Positions 29,650 to 39,643 are shown, numbered from the stretch's first letter. The stretch: DNA of 64,000 bases from Armatimonadota bacterium (GCA_039811685.1 JBDHZC010000006.1:129128-193127), one strand, 5' to 3'. Notes: generated by a model from the letters alone, not told the origin. Numbers and translations: made by a program.

Positions 29650-30929
29650 AGGTCTTGCGCCAGCCTGATGCCCATGAACTGCCACTGGTTCTGCGGGCGG
29701 AAGAAGTTGCGGTAGGTGCTGCGAATGTGAGAGCCGGACGTAGCGCACGAGCCGCCGCGCAACACCATCTGCCCGCTCATGAACTTTCCGTTGTACTCGC
29801 CAATCGCCCCTGGCGGTGGCTTGTACCCGTGGTAAGGCAGATAGCCGCTGCGCGTCCACTCCCACACATCTCCGTACATCTGCTCGGGGTAGTCCTTGTC
29901 CGCTTCCTGAGGCGGCTCCGGGTGGAGCAGTCCAGACTCAACGAAGTTACCTTCAATTTCCAGCACTGCCGCCGCTGTCTCCCACTGCGCTTCACTGGGA
30001 AGGCTGGCGCCAGCCCACGCCGCGTAAGCATCCGCCTCGTAGTAGCTCACGTGGCACACCGGTTCACTGTGGCGCACTGGCTGCATGCCGTGAAGGGTGA
30101 ACACCTGCCACTCCCCGTCCACCTTTTCCCAGTACAGCGGCGCTTCCCAGTTCTCCTGCTGTACCAGACTCCATCCGTCAGACAGCCACAATTCTGGACG
30201 GTGGTAGCCACTGTCCTCGATGAACTCGAGAAACTCGCCACAGCTCACCAGGCGGCTGGCCAGCGCAAAAGGTTCCAGAAACTCCCTGTGACGGGGACCT
30301 TCATTGTCGAAAATGAACTCCTGTCCGTCATTGCCGATCTCGACAATGCCGCCCGGATAGTGAATCCACTGCAGGGGCTGTGTCTGCGTTTCAGGAGTAT
30401 TCTGAGCAGGGCGATACACCGGCTTCAACGGGTTTTGCGCCAGGACGTGCTTGATATCTGTGAGCAGAAGCTCCTGATGTTGCTGTTCGTGATTGAGTCC
30501 CAACATCAGCACCGGCTTTATCGTTGCCGCAGTCTCTTCGCCTGCGCTATGGATGAGGCGGTCCATTCCTTCGTCAACGTGGCGGCGGTATTCAAACACC
30601 TCTTTCACAGAAGGGCGAGAGAGCAACCCCCGGCGTGGACGCGCGTGCATTTTGCCGACAGCGTTATAGTAAGAATTGAAAAGGAAGGTGTAAAGCGGGT
30701 TGATCGGTTTGTAGTCCGCTTGTAGCCTGCTGAGCAGAAAGGTCTCGAAAAACCAGCTAGTGTGAGCCAGATGCCACTTTGTCGGGCTCACATCTGTCAT
30801 AGACTGCACTACGAAATCTTCAGGAATCAGCGTGGCGCATAAATCTTCGGTAAAGCGCCTCACATCCTGGTAGCTTTGCCACAGTGCGGTGCGGTCAATG
30901 GTCTCCAATGAAGCTTCTGTTGATACCAT
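29646..30929 (-). CDS. egtB: Ergothioneine sulfoxide synthase EgtB
   Basis: SPTKWHLAHTSWFFE, FNSYY, HEQQHQEL, an FGE-sulfatase domain and GEYNGKFM. Confidence 0.93.
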   Translation of the reverse strand: MVSTEASLETIDRTALWQSYQDVRRFTEDLCATLIPEDFVVQSMTDVSPTKWHLAHTSWFFETFLLSRLQADYKPINPLYTFLFNSYYNAVGKMHARPRRGLLSRPSVKEVFEYRRHVDEGMDRLIHSAGEETAATIKPVLMLGLNHEQQHQELLLTDIKHVLAQNPLKPVYRPAQNTPETQTQPLQWIHYPGGIVEIGNDGQEFIFDNEGPRHREFLEPFALASRLVSCGEFLEFIEDSGYHRPELWLSDGWSLVQQENWEAPLYWEKVDGEWQVFTLHGMQPVRHSEPVCHVSYYEADAYAAWAGASLPSEAQWETAAAVLEIEGNFVESGLLHPEPPQEADKDYPEQMYGDVWEWTRSGYLPYHGYKPPPGAIGEYNGKFMSGQMVLRGGSCATSGSHIRSTYRNFFRPQNQWQFMGIRLAQDL

Positions 30930-31031
30930 AAAGTCCTCCAGCCTCTGGAATTTACCGTTGTCAGCTTCAACTCTAAACGGTTTCCAAGAGTTCCGCGGAT
31001 GGCTGAAGAAGCAAGACTATACCCTTTGCGC

Positions 31032-31060
31032 TTGACCTGAAGCGCAGAGCGCGCTAATCT
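31032..31060 (+). promoter_or_regulatory. Sigma70-like promoter for the small ORF
   Basis: TTGACC-N17-TAATCT. Confidence 0.55.
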
Positions 31061-31085
31061 TTAGCGCAAAGGAGCGGTCAATTCT

Positions 31086-31268
31086 ATGGACGAACGGCAC
31101 AAAGAACGCGAGCGCCTTGCAGCGAGTCTCACAGTGGCCTGGTCAAATGTTTCTGAGGACCAGGGCGCACTGGCAAAGCAGGTGGTATTTGCCACTTACC
31201 GGGACTTTCTAGAGCGGCTGAAGAGGCTGGATGAGGGTCTGGAAGATTTGGACGAAAGAGTGGTCTGA
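31086..31268 (+). CDS. Small hypothetical protein (60 aa)
   Basis: ATG preceded by AAGGAG and a promoter-like sequence. Fills an intergenic gap. Confidence 0.6.
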   Translation: MDERHKERERLAASLTVAWSNVSEDQGALAKQVVFATYRDFLERLKRLDEGLEDLDERVV

Positions 31269-31307
31269 CGCCAGGTGTGAACTGGCGATTCGCACGGCAG
31301 GTCTGGC

Positions 31308-31709
31308 TCAGCGCTGGCGAGAGCGCATCGCAAGCGCCAGAAGCGCGCCTGCGCCAATCAGAATTTGACTGAGATACTCGTCACTGCGCCCATGCGGCAG
31401 CAGATGATTGTGCGTTGGGAAAAGTGACCCGTACTCTTCGCGCACTCCGAGCGCTGCGGGGAGGTGCTCAATGTCCGGGCTCAGGCCACCGAGCGCGCCG
31501 GCCATCTCAGAAGAGTTGACACCAAACTTACGCGAAATCCATGTGAGGACGATGGGAGTCAGAAGAGCATCCGCCCACAGCGGCGCTTCTCTGTGGGGAA
31601 ACATGTCGCCAAGCGCATGGGAAGCTGCTCCCGCGACGAAGGCGCGTGGTTTAGCGCGAAAAAACGAGCCTACCAGCGCACCCAGACAAGCGTGTGCCGA
31701 ACCTGTCAT
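31308..31709 (-). CDS. Small membrane protein, putative metal-dependent hydrolase
   Basis: His/Asp motifs AH, SHALGDMFPH, PDIEH and FPTH..LPH within hydrophobic segments. Confidence 0.6.
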   Translation of the reverse strand: MTGSAHACLGALVGSFFRAKPRAFVAGAASHALGDMFPHREAPLWADALLTPIVLTWISRKFGVNSSEMAGALGGLSPDIEHLPAALGVREEYGSLFPTHNHLLPHGRSDEYLSQILIGAGALLALAMRSRQR

Positions 31710-31715
31710 CAGGCC

Positions 31716-32720
31716 TCAGCGCTGTCCACAAAGCTGCTTGTAATAGCTGGAGACTTTCGCGATGTAGTTCTGTGTCTCACGAAACGGCGGGATGCCGCCG
31801 TACTTCTTCACCGCGCCTGATCCTGCGTTGTAAGCGGCCAGAGCCAGCCGCAAATGTCCCCAGTTGAGGTCCTTCCACTCTTTGTTTCCGGAATACTTGT
31901 CCAGGCCGGAGCGAATCAGGCGAATGGAAGCGTCCAGATTCTGCCCCGGATCGTAGGGATCCGTGACACCCATCCCCCGCGCCGTTCCGGGCATCAACTG
32001 CCCCAGCCCCATTGCGCCTTTACGCGATGTCGCGTTCGGGTTGAAGCCGGATTCCGCCAGTACAACGGCCATCGCCAGGCGCGGATCCACATCGCACTCG
32101 GCGCTTGTGTTGAGAAGTACAGTAGTGATATCGCGCACGTCAGACTCAGACAAACGCGGATTGATGCCCTTGATGTAGCGGGCGAAATCGTCGAAATACT
32201 TGAAAGCGATGGCACGTGATACGGGAGTGCCGCCACGCGAAGCCAGCCTGGAGCGTCCTGCGCCGGAAGATTGCCTGGACACAGACGGCGCAGGAGCCTG
32301 AGCTTTGGCCGCGGCGCGCGCAACGTCACTGCCAAACGCCCACGCAATGAGAGTAAGCTGACTTTTCCCCGAAGGCGTCTCACCAAGCCGGGCCAACACC
32401 CGAATGTTCGCGCCGAGCGGTGGCATAGACGTTGTGCCAAAGTTGACAATGTGCGACTGCCCGTCACCAATGATGACCGCGCCCAGCTCCGCCCCAGATC
32501 CGATTGTTCCAGTAAGCGAGCCAGCAATGTCGGATACGCCGGAGCCGCCTTGTGCTGGCGCAGCGCTGAGGCTGTTGCTGGGAATTGAGGAGGTGGCCTG
32601 CAAAGACCGGGCCGTGGCCAGGTATTCCGCACCCGAGAGCATACCAGCGGCATGCGCCGAAGCTGTCAAAAAGATAAGAAAGGCTACGGGAAGGGCGAAA
32701 ACTGCGAGAATTAGTCTCAT
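31716..32720 (-). CDS. Lytic transglycosylase (SLT domain)
   Basis: AESGFN, GAMGLGQLMP, ALAAYNAG and ETQNY motifs. Signal peptide from ATG 32720. Confidence 0.92.
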   Translation of the reverse strand: MRLILAVFALPVAFLIFLTASAHAAGMLSGAEYLATARSLQATSSIPSNSLSAAPAQGGSGVSDIAGSLTGTIGSGAELGAVIIGDGQSHIVNFGTTSMPPLGANIRVLARLGETPSGKSQLTLIAWAFGSDVARAAAKAQAPAPSVSRQSSGAGRSRLASRGGTPVSRAIAFKYFDDFARYIKGINPRLSESDVRDITTVLLNTSAECDVDPRLAMAVVLAESGFNPNATSRKGAMGLGQLMPGTARGMGVTDPYDPGQNLDASIRLIRSGLDKYSGNKEWKDLNWGHLRLALAAYNAGSGAVKKYGGIPPFRETQNYIAKVSSYYKQLCGQR

Positions 32721-32973
32721 AAAGTCACATATCCAAGGCGCGCCCTTGCGCCACAACTCCGGCCGGGAGGTTCGCTGGGCAGGCGGAGATATCCTGCCCC
32801 AACCCCTCTCTTCGGCACATGTGTGCAAAATCTGGAGCGACCCCGGAGCGTACGACGACGCTCCTGTCCCAGAAGTTCACAGAAGCCGTTTTCGCTGACG
32901 CGTGAGAACCTGACTGGAATACGCAACGCTCAGAACGGCCGAGCAACTGGAAGTAGGGGACAAGGGGAAACAC

Positions 32974-33062
32974 CGGAGAGGCCGGGATTCGAACCCGGGG
33001 TACGGTATGACCCGTACAACGGTTTAGCAAACCGCCGCTATCGACCACTCAGCCACCTCTCC
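32974..33062 (-). tRNA. tRNA-Ser(GCT)
   Basis: GGAGAGGTGGCTGAGTGG...TTGCTAA...GGTTCGAATCCC...CTCTCCG with a long variable arm. Confidence 0.95.
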
Positions 33063-33156
33063 GCACATCATCCGGCCTCTGTGGCCTGCCGGACTTATAA
33101 TGTATACCGCAAGGCGCGGGAAATATCAAGAGCCATTTTGAAGACCTGCAAATCCG

Positions 33157-33186
33157 TTGACACCAAACGGGCAGATTTGATATAGT
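33157..33186 (+). promoter_or_regulatory. Sigma70 promoter for the tRNA cluster
   Basis: TTGACA-N18-TATAGT with an extended -10 TG. Confidence 0.65.
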
Positions 33187-33279
33187 TTCCGATGGATAAT
33201 TGAGGGCGCCGGTGAGCATTTCGACTCGTGCAGCAGCGGATGAGGCGCGTTGACAGATCGGTTGCTGGCCCATCTCCGG

Positions 33280-33352
33280 GGGCGAATAGCTCAGATGGTA
33301 GAGCGCTTCCTTTACACGGAAGAAGTCACGGGTTCAAGTCCTGTTTCGCCCA
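33280..33352 (+). tRNA. tRNA-Val(TAC)
   Basis: Cloverleaf with anticodon arm CTTCC-TTTACAC-GGAAG. Confidence 0.96.
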
Positions 33353-33577
33353 TTTCCAAACCCACTTGCGCCGCGCCGTGGTAAATAGCTGTCACCGGGG
33401 CGACGCATGTGCTATAACGCTCAGGCGGTTGCGGCGAGCTCCGGGTTGCGGAGGGCTGCGGCCTTTTTGTTGGCGGGAGCGCAAGAGATTGCGGTAGGCC
33501 GGCCGACAATAGTGTATATTGCACCTGCAAGGTATACTGCTAGGTGCAGATTTGTCGTCCTGGCAAGCAGTCAGCAT

Positions 33578-33651
<74 letters not shown>

Positions 33652-33729
33652 TTTCCTGGAGAGCCAGAGACGCTTGAGCGCTTGAGCGCTTCAGCGCAAG
33701 AGGGTTTGAAGACTGGCGCGAGTGAGCGT

Positions 33730-33802
33730 GCCGAGATAGCTCAGATGGTAGAGCAGTGGACTGAAAATCCACGTGTCCGCAGTTCGATTCTGCGTCTCGG
33801 CA
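33730..33802 (+). tRNA. tRNA-Phe(GAA)
   Basis: Cloverleaf with anticodon arm GTGGA-CTGAAAA-TCCAC. Confidence 0.96.
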
Positions 33803-33870
33803 CCTTGCCTTATCTACAACGGCCGTCAGTTGTGTACCGGCCTGTCTCGTAGCTCCACACTTTAAGTCAA

Positions 33871-33943
33871 GCCGACGTAGCTCAGTTGGTAGAGCAGCGC
33901 ATTCGTAATGCGCGGGTCACAGGTTCGAGTCCTGCCGTCGGCT
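33871..33943 (+). tRNA. tRNA-Thr(CGT)
   Basis: Cloverleaf with anticodon arm CGCAT-TCGTA-ATGCG. Confidence 0.95.
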
Positions 33944-34029
33944 TCCCCTTCCAAATTCGCCAATCCCTGAAACAACAGCGGATGACGCAAGGAAAGCTTG
34001 TGTGTCATAGTTGTCTACCGGGGGACTTT

Positions 34030-34824
34030 ATGAGAGTCGACGTTACACAGAAAGATATAGATTCTTACCAGGAGAACGGTTTCATCGTGTGGGACGGTTT
34101 TCTGGACCAGGATGAACTGGAAGTCTGGCGGGCTGCGGTGGATGAGGCCGTAGAAGGCCGAAAGACAAGCCGCTTACCCGGAGAAAGGTGGCAGGGGGAG
34201 GCTGAGGGCTATTACGGGAAGGTCTTCAAGCAGCGCATCAATCTCTGGATGGACAACCCCAGGATGAAGGAGCTGATGCTGGATGAGCGCATCGGAAAGA
34301 TGGCAGCAGATCTGGCGGGAGTTGAGGGCATGCGCGTCTGGCACGACCAGGCGCTGATCAAGGGTCCGTGGGCCAACCCGACCGCGTGGCATCTGGACAC
34401 ACCTTACTGGTCGTTCTCTTCCAGAGACGCTATTTCTATCTGGATAGCCCTGGATGACGCAACGCTTGAAAACGGCTGCCTCTTTTTCATTCCCGGCAGC
34501 CACAGGATCACTCGCTTTGACAATGTGGGCATTGGAGAGGAAATAGGCGCACTGTTCCAGGTCTATCCAGAGCTTGCGGGGATGAAGGCGGTAGCCGCGC
34601 CGATGAAAGCAGGATCGTGCTCATTTCACAATGGGCTGACGGCGCACGGGGCGCATGCGAACATGACTCCAGGGCTGAGGCGGGCGATGACCTGTGCCTT
34701 TATGCCTGATGGCTCCACCTTCAATGGCCAGAGCAACGTTCTGCCGGAGCGAATTCTCGAAAAGATCAAAGTCGGCGACCTGCTTAACGATCCGGAGCAA
34801 AATCCGCTGGTGTTCAGCCGCTAG
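34030..34824 (+). CDS. Phytanoyl-CoA dioxygenase (PhyH) family Fe(II)/2-oxoglutarate oxygenase
   Basis: WHLD (HxD), IWIALDDATLENGCL.FIPGSH and FHNGLTAHGA motifs. Confidence 0.9.
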   Translation: MRVDVTQKDIDSYQENGFIVWDGFLDQDELEVWRAAVDEAVEGRKTSRLPGERWQGEAEGYYGKVFKQRINLWMDNPRMKELMLDERIGKMAADLAGVEGMRVWHDQALIKGPWANPTAWHLDTPYWSFSSRDAISIWIALDDATLENGCLFFIPGSHRITRFDNVGIGEEIGALFQVYPELAGMKAVAAPMKAGSCSFHNGLTAHGAHANMTPGLRRAMTCAFMPDGSTFNGQSNVLPERILEKIKVGDLLNDPEQNPLVFSR

Positions 34825-34838
34825 AAGTTCACTGCAGA

Positions 34839-35843
34839 TCAGGCGAGATGCTCGGCCTGCGTCCGCGTGAGTTCCCAGCGAAGCGGCTCTCCGTTCAGGT
34901 AGCGCGTAAGCTCCTCCACCATATACCGCCCCATTCTGCGGCACTCGCCGTCCTGGCTGCCGGCGATGTGTGGTGTCACAACGACATTCGGAAGATCAAA
35001 CAGCGGAGATTCCGGCGGCGGTGGTTCCGGCCAGGTCACATCAAGCACGGCCTGCAGATCCGGGCGCTGCGTCAGGACTTCCACCAACTCACTTTCCCGC
35101 ACGACAGCTCCCCGCGATGTGTTGATGAAGGCCGCTCCGGGTTTCATGATCTCAAAGTGCTCCTTGCCAATCATGCCAAGAGTATCCTCAAGTAGCGGAG
35201 TGTGAAGTGAGACCACGTCCGCCCGGGCAAAGAGCTCGCCAAGCGCGCACAACTCAACACCAAGCGCCCGGGCCTCTCCTTCAGTGACGAAGGGATCGTA
35301 CGCTATCACCTGGACATCCATCTCCTTTAGAAGGTGGCAGACACGCCGTCCGATCATACCCAGAGAGACAATGCCAACGGTGCTGAGGTAGGCGCCGGGA
35401 ACCGGAGGGTCAGGCTCATAGCCCCGGCGATCGCGCACGTTTCGGGCGCGGCTCCACCCGTGCTTCAAACAGAAGATAATCTGGGAGAGTGTGTATTCAG
35501 CGACTGGTTTGGCGTTGGCAGCCCACGCGCTGATAACCCTCACGCCTCGAGCCCACGACGCCTCAGTCACGAAGCCCCTGACTGACCCCGCACCGTAGAA
35601 CACTGTCTGCAGCTGCGGAGCAGCCTCAAGAAAGGCCTCATCCATCATGGGCATGCCCCAGCCGGAAAGGATTATGTCAACGTCCGAGAGCAGACTCTGC
35701 TGCGCTTTGAGACTACGCTTACTCAGATGCCCCACAATATCCACAAGACCCTGAATATCCTCTCGCTCTTGCGGACCGTAGATTGCCCCGAAGGAGTGCT
35801 CATCCAGTAGATAGAGTGCGCGGAGGCGTTTGGTAGCACTCAT
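34839..35843 (-). CDS. D-2-hydroxyacid dehydrogenase family protein
   Basis: LGMIGR, VSLHTP, INTSRG and TPHIAG motifs. Confidence 0.9.
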   Translation of the reverse strand: MSATKRLRALYLLDEHSFGAIYGPQEREDIQGLVDIVGHLSKRSLKAQQSLLSDVDIILSGWGMPMMDEAFLEAAPQLQTVFYGAGSVRGFVTEASWARGVRVISAWAANAKPVAEYTLSQIIFCLKHGWSRARNVRDRRGYEPDPPVPGAYLSTVGIVSLGMIGRRVCHLLKEMDVQVIAYDPFVTEGEARALGVELCALGELFARADVVSLHTPLLEDTLGMIGKEHFEIMKPGAAFINTSRGAVVRESELVEVLTQRPDLQAVLDVTWPEPPPPESPLFDLPNVVVTPHIAGSQDGECRRMGRYMVEELTRYLNGEPLRWELTRTQAEHLA

Positions 35844-36040
35844 CTAAAGCTCCGGAAGGTCACAGAATCGAGTAGTTGTGTCTCCTCGCCTGCAAGTGAC
35901 CTTGCGTTCGAATAATGTGATGCGGGAAGAACAGCAGACAGGTCTGTGGTCGAAAAGTGGCACTTTGGGATCTGGGTTGCAGGCATTGGAAGTATCCTCG
36001 CAGGATAATAGCAGAAACTGCGGGCCCGTGCCGAAGCGGG

Positions 36041-36826
36041 CTACTGCCGGGTGTAGGTGTGCACGCTCTCGGCCGAAGTTGGCAGATAGTTTACTCCAAA
36101 CCAGCAGACCAGCAGCACAACAAAGCCAAACCCGAGCACAGACAAATGAAGCGCCGGTCTGAAGGCGTGTCTTATGCGAACGTGTAGATAGATCAGGTAG
36201 GCGCACCAGGTCAAGAGCGCCCAGGTTTCCTTCGGGTCCCACGCCCAGTAGTGCCCCCAGGCCTGCTTCGCCCACAGCGCCCCAAAGAGCAGCCCACACG
36301 TGAGAAGCGGAAATCCCACTGCGACAAGCGCGTGGGGGAGCCGGGTGTCTGAAGCCGTGAGAGGCGCGCCGGACCAGACCGATCTCGCCAATAGCCACAG
36401 CCCAATTCCGCTTGAAAGCCCAAGCGCGGAGTAGGACAGCATGTACACGACCACGTGTGGCACAAACCAGGGACTCTGCAGGGCCGGCATCAGCGTCTTG
36501 TCCATATACTCGGGATGCAGAAGGTTGATCAGCGCAAAGAGCGCGCCAAGTAAACAGGCGGGTATCCCGAGCGCCTGCGTGCGAAAGCGCCAGCCAACTA
36601 CGAGGCCGATCGCAGGCGTGAGCACAGCATACCACCAGCGCGTCTCGCCGAGAGTGCGAAGAGGTGGACGCGCGAGTTCGATCCAGAGCAGACCGATCAG
36701 GATTGCGCCGCAGAGCACGCCAAGCGTCATCAGGATATCGCCAGGAAGTCTGCGACGGGGGAATGCAGCATAGGCGACAGCAGCCGCCAGCCATGCGAGA
36801 GCTGCGCAGACTCCGAGCGCGCTCAA
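36041..36826 (-). CDS. ccsA: Cytochrome c biogenesis protein CcsA (system II, Nrf-associated)
   Basis: PALQSPW..PH, WWD domain WAKQAWGHYWAWDPKETW and C-terminal SVHTY. Confidence 0.92.
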   Translation of the reverse strand: MSALGVCAALAWLAAAVAYAAFPRRRLPGDILMTLGVLCGAILIGLLWIELARPPLRTLGETRWWYAVLTPAIGLVVGWRFRTQALGIPACLLGALFALINLLHPEYMDKTLMPALQSPWFVPHVVVYMLSYSALGLSSGIGLWLLARSVWSGAPLTASDTRLPHALVAVGFPLLTCGLLFGALWAKQAWGHYWAWDPKETWALLTWCAYLIYLHVRIRHAFRPALHLSVLGFGFVVLLVCWFGVNYLPTSAESVHTYTRQ

Positions 36827-38091
36827 AGTGCGCGCTCCTGCACTCCGGCAGCTGACGCGGCAACTGCTTTCTCCGGTGGAACGACTCCGTTCCAGATCAT
36901 CAGCAGAGCTCCTCCCAGCATCAGAAAAACACCCGTGTACACGACTGGAAGCCCCCGGTCTTTCACGATCTCCAGGATGCTGTAGGCCGAATCTGCGCCC
37001 GCCTGCTCGTCATAAGAAAGTTGATAGAGCCGGTACGCCCCGACGGAGATTGGCTCATTCACCTCCACCCGCGCCTCACGCAACCGGCCACCTTCTTTCA
37101 AAGTGATGAGAGACTGGAAGCTGCGCGGGCGTGGAGGCGTCATAACCAGCGCCCGGGTGTTGCCTAGAGCCACAAGGTCTCCCGGTGTGACGCTTGAGCC
37201 ACAGGATACCCAGCCGCGGTTCAGCTCGCCTTTCTTAGAGAGTACTTCGACGTAGGCTGCGGGCGCGGCGGATTTCATGGCGACTGGATGCCATACTCCG
37301 CCGACGTTAGCGGCCTGCGGAAAGAACTTCAGAACCTTGATGCTCTCCGCGTCCGACGTAACTTGCGTCCCTGCCTTGACAAAGCCGGCCAGAGGTTGCA
37401 GACGGTATCCCTCGCTGGCGGTTTTGTCCATTGTGGCGATGGCAAGGGTGGGCGGAAACGTTTTCAGCTCAAAGCTGCGCAGGCGCACAGAAAATGGGAG
37501 GCGAACACGGCCGCCATCCATCTGCTCGGCGGAGGAGGTGTCCTGAGATTGCACTGCCATTATCCGGAGTCGCTGGAGGCCGAGGGAGCTCCATGCGCCG
37601 CCCAGAATCGCAATCAGCAGACCCAGATGGCTGAGCGTGAAACAGAAATTTCGCCAGTTGAGCGGCCAGATTCGCTTTGAGGTCACTGTGGCCAGACATG
37701 CACTCAGCCAACTCATTGGCAGAAGAAACAGCCACGAAGACCACAGCGACGCACCGAGCCTCTTTTCTATCTGTGACTGTGGTACGACCGCGCCCACCAG
37801 CGCAATCAGGGCAACCGCCGCAATGCTGGTGACGGCCATCTCTACTCCACCGAGCCACGCGACAAGGCGGCTTTTCGCACACAACCGGGCGCCAAGCGCA
37901 CAGGCCACAATCGCAACGCCGGCCGGCCACATCAACCAGACTCCAACAGCCCGCGCGCCAGCCGTGGCCTGTAGAAAACCTCCCAGCAGCGCCGAGGTGA
38001 CCAGGACAAGAGTTGCCTGCCGATAGCCCAGTTCACCCGCCCAGAAGCCCGCGCTCTCAGCCAGTTTTTCACGTGGGGAGGCAGCGCTCAC
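36823..38091 (-). CDS. Cytochrome c biogenesis protein CcsB/ResB-like
   Basis: TM segments, SHLG, VNEP...YRLYQLSYD and DRGLPVVYTG. Lies between nrfA and ccsA. Confidence 0.82.
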   Translation of the reverse strand: MSAASPREKLAESAGFWAGELGYRQATLVLVTSALLGGFLQATAGARAVGVWLMWPAGVAIVACALGARLCAKSRLVAWLGGVEMAVTSIAAVALIALVGAVVPQSQIEKRLGASLWSSWLFLLPMSWLSACLATVTSKRIWPLNWRNFCFTLSHLGLLIAILGGAWSSLGLQRLRIMAVQSQDTSSAEQMDGGRVRLPFSVRLRSFELKTFPPTLAIATMDKTASEGYRLQPLAGFVKAGTQVTSDAESIKVLKFFPQAANVGGVWHPVAMKSAAPAAYVEVLSKKGELNRGWVSCGSSVTPGDLVALGNTRALVMTPPRPRSFQSLITLKEGGRLREARVEVNEPISVGAYRLYQLSYDEQAGADSAYSILEIVKDRGLPVVYTGVFLMLGGALLMIWNGVVPPEKAVAASAAGVQERAL

Positions 38092-38179
38092 TTCGAGGAC
38101 TCCCGCGCGCTTAAAGACAGCGCCCGTTCCCGGCGGCTGTTCAGGCGGCCCTTGGATCCCAGCAGATGCAGGAGGGTCT

Positions 38180-39643
38180 CTATCGCTTCGTTATCTTCTT
38201 GAGCGCCGCTTCAGCCTTCGCCGGGCTGGCGTCAGCTTTCTTGCCGCCGGAGCTCTGCTGCGCGTTCTGCGCGTCCACAAACGGCTTGATATAAGACTGC
38301 GCCTTCTCCTTCGTGGAGATGTCCGGCACTTTGACAAAGTCCAGACCTCCACGGCGGGCGCGCACCTGCGCTATCATCAGACGTCCCTGCTGGGCGAGAT
38401 CAACAGAGCGGCCGAGAACGCGCGCACACTCCTGAGGGGCGTGGAATCCCATGCCGTTGTTGGCAGCTACATAGTCCCAGGACATTTGCGCCCACATGAC
38501 TTTCTCCCGCGCCGGCTCCAGCTCCTGATCTGTTGCGCCACGGTTCATCGCATCCCGAATTTCCAGATGCAGCGCCGTGATAGCGTCCTCAGCTCTGTCC
38601 AGCATCTCTCGATTCTTGTCCTGAATGCCTGTGACCCGGCTGCGCACCTCATCTTCACTCCATCGGTGGCACACCTGGCAGGAGTTGGCGACATTGTATA
38701 GGGGACTGCGGACCTGATGATCCGTAAACTTAATGCCACCCTCTGACTTGTAGGGCATGTGGCAGTCGGCGCAGGCGACGTTGCGGAAGGCATGAATGCC
38801 CTGCTGGTAAACCTCGTAGTCGGGATGCTGCATCTTGATCATCTTTGCGCCGCTGATCGCATGCACCCAGTCGCGGAAGCCGACCTTCTGGTAGTACTTC
38901 TGGAAGTCCTCCGCCTTCAGCCCCTCGTCCCACGGAAAGACCAGATAGTTCGTTTTCTTGTCTTTGAAATAGTACTCAACGTGACACTGTGCACAGACCA
39001 GAGTGCGCATCTCCTGATGTGTGGATTTGTTCACGTCCTTGCCATGACGGCGGAAAGCCTCAATCAACGCGGGACGCGAAATCTGCAGCGCCATCGTTTT
39101 TGGATTGTGGCAGTCCGCGCACCCAATCGTGTTTGTGATCTCGTGCTTCAGGTCTTTGAAGTGCTGCGCATAGAACTTTCCCGGTCCTATCTGGCTCATG
39201 AGGCGCGGGACGTCAGGACTCTTGCAGGTCCAGCACGTACCCGGAGTCTTGTCGTTGATGCGTTTGGTGCCGTTGACGTCTTCCAAAGAGTGGAAGTGCC
39301 CGCGTGGCGCATTGTAGTCTTTGGCAAAGGGATAGCCCGCCCACATTACCACCAGCCGCGGATCGCGCTCGAGATAATCGCGATGCCCGGAGCCACCGTA
39401 GGCTGTATTCTCCTGAATCTGCTTCGTGCTCTCCCAGGAGTTGTACTCACGCGGGAAGTTGACGCCCCATTTACTGTTGTCCGCCTCCCACTCTTTAATG
39501 GGCTGCTGCATCTGGATCAGAGCCGCGCCCCGCTGCTCGCGACGCTCCAGGATACTGGAAGCCAGAAGACCCAGCGCGACTACGCCGAGCGCAACTCCGC
39601 CGAAAATGAACCATCCGATTCTATTTGCTCTTTTTTCGTCCAT
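38180..39643 (-). CDS. nrfA: Ammonia-forming cytochrome c nitrite reductase NrfA
   Basis: CWTCK plus four CxxCH motifs (CADCH, CAQCH, CADCH, CQVCH) and KMQH. Confidence 0.96.
   Translation of the reverse strand: MDEKRANRIGWFIFGGVALGVVALGLLASSILERREQRGAALIQMQQPIKEWEADNSKWGVNFPREYNSWESTKQIQENTAYGGSGHRDYLERDPRLVVMWAGYPFAKDYNAPRGHFHSLEDVNGTKRINDKTPGTCWTCKSPDVPRLMSQIGPGKFYAQHFKDLKHEITNTIGCADCHNPKTMALQISRPALIEAFRRHGKDVNKSTHQEMRTLVCAQCHVEYYFKDKKTNYLVFPWDEGLKAEDFQKYYQKVGFRDWVHAISGAKMIKMQHPDYEVYQQGIHAFRNVACADCHMPYKSEGGIKFTDHQVRSPLYNVANSCQVCHRWSEDEVRSRVTGIQDKNREMLDRAEDAITALHLEIRDAMNRGATDQELEPAREKVMWAQMSWDYVAANNGMGFHAPQECARVLGRSVDLAQQGRLMIAQVRARRGGLDFVKVPDISTKEKAQSYIKPFVDAQNAQQSSGGKKADASPAKAEAALKKITKR

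Noticed and set aside
29205..30725. 506-aa plus-strand ORF and other long antisense ORFs (e.g. 7373-8314, 38759-39742, 42118-43059)
   Set aside because: They lie opposite well-supported genes, have no motifs, and are expected in GC-rich DNA.
27424..30929. Selenoneine or ovothiol pathway instead of ergothioneine
   Set aside because: No SenB glycosyltransferase or SelD-like gene is adjacent, EgtB lacks the OvoA C-terminal methyltransferase, and egtD is present.
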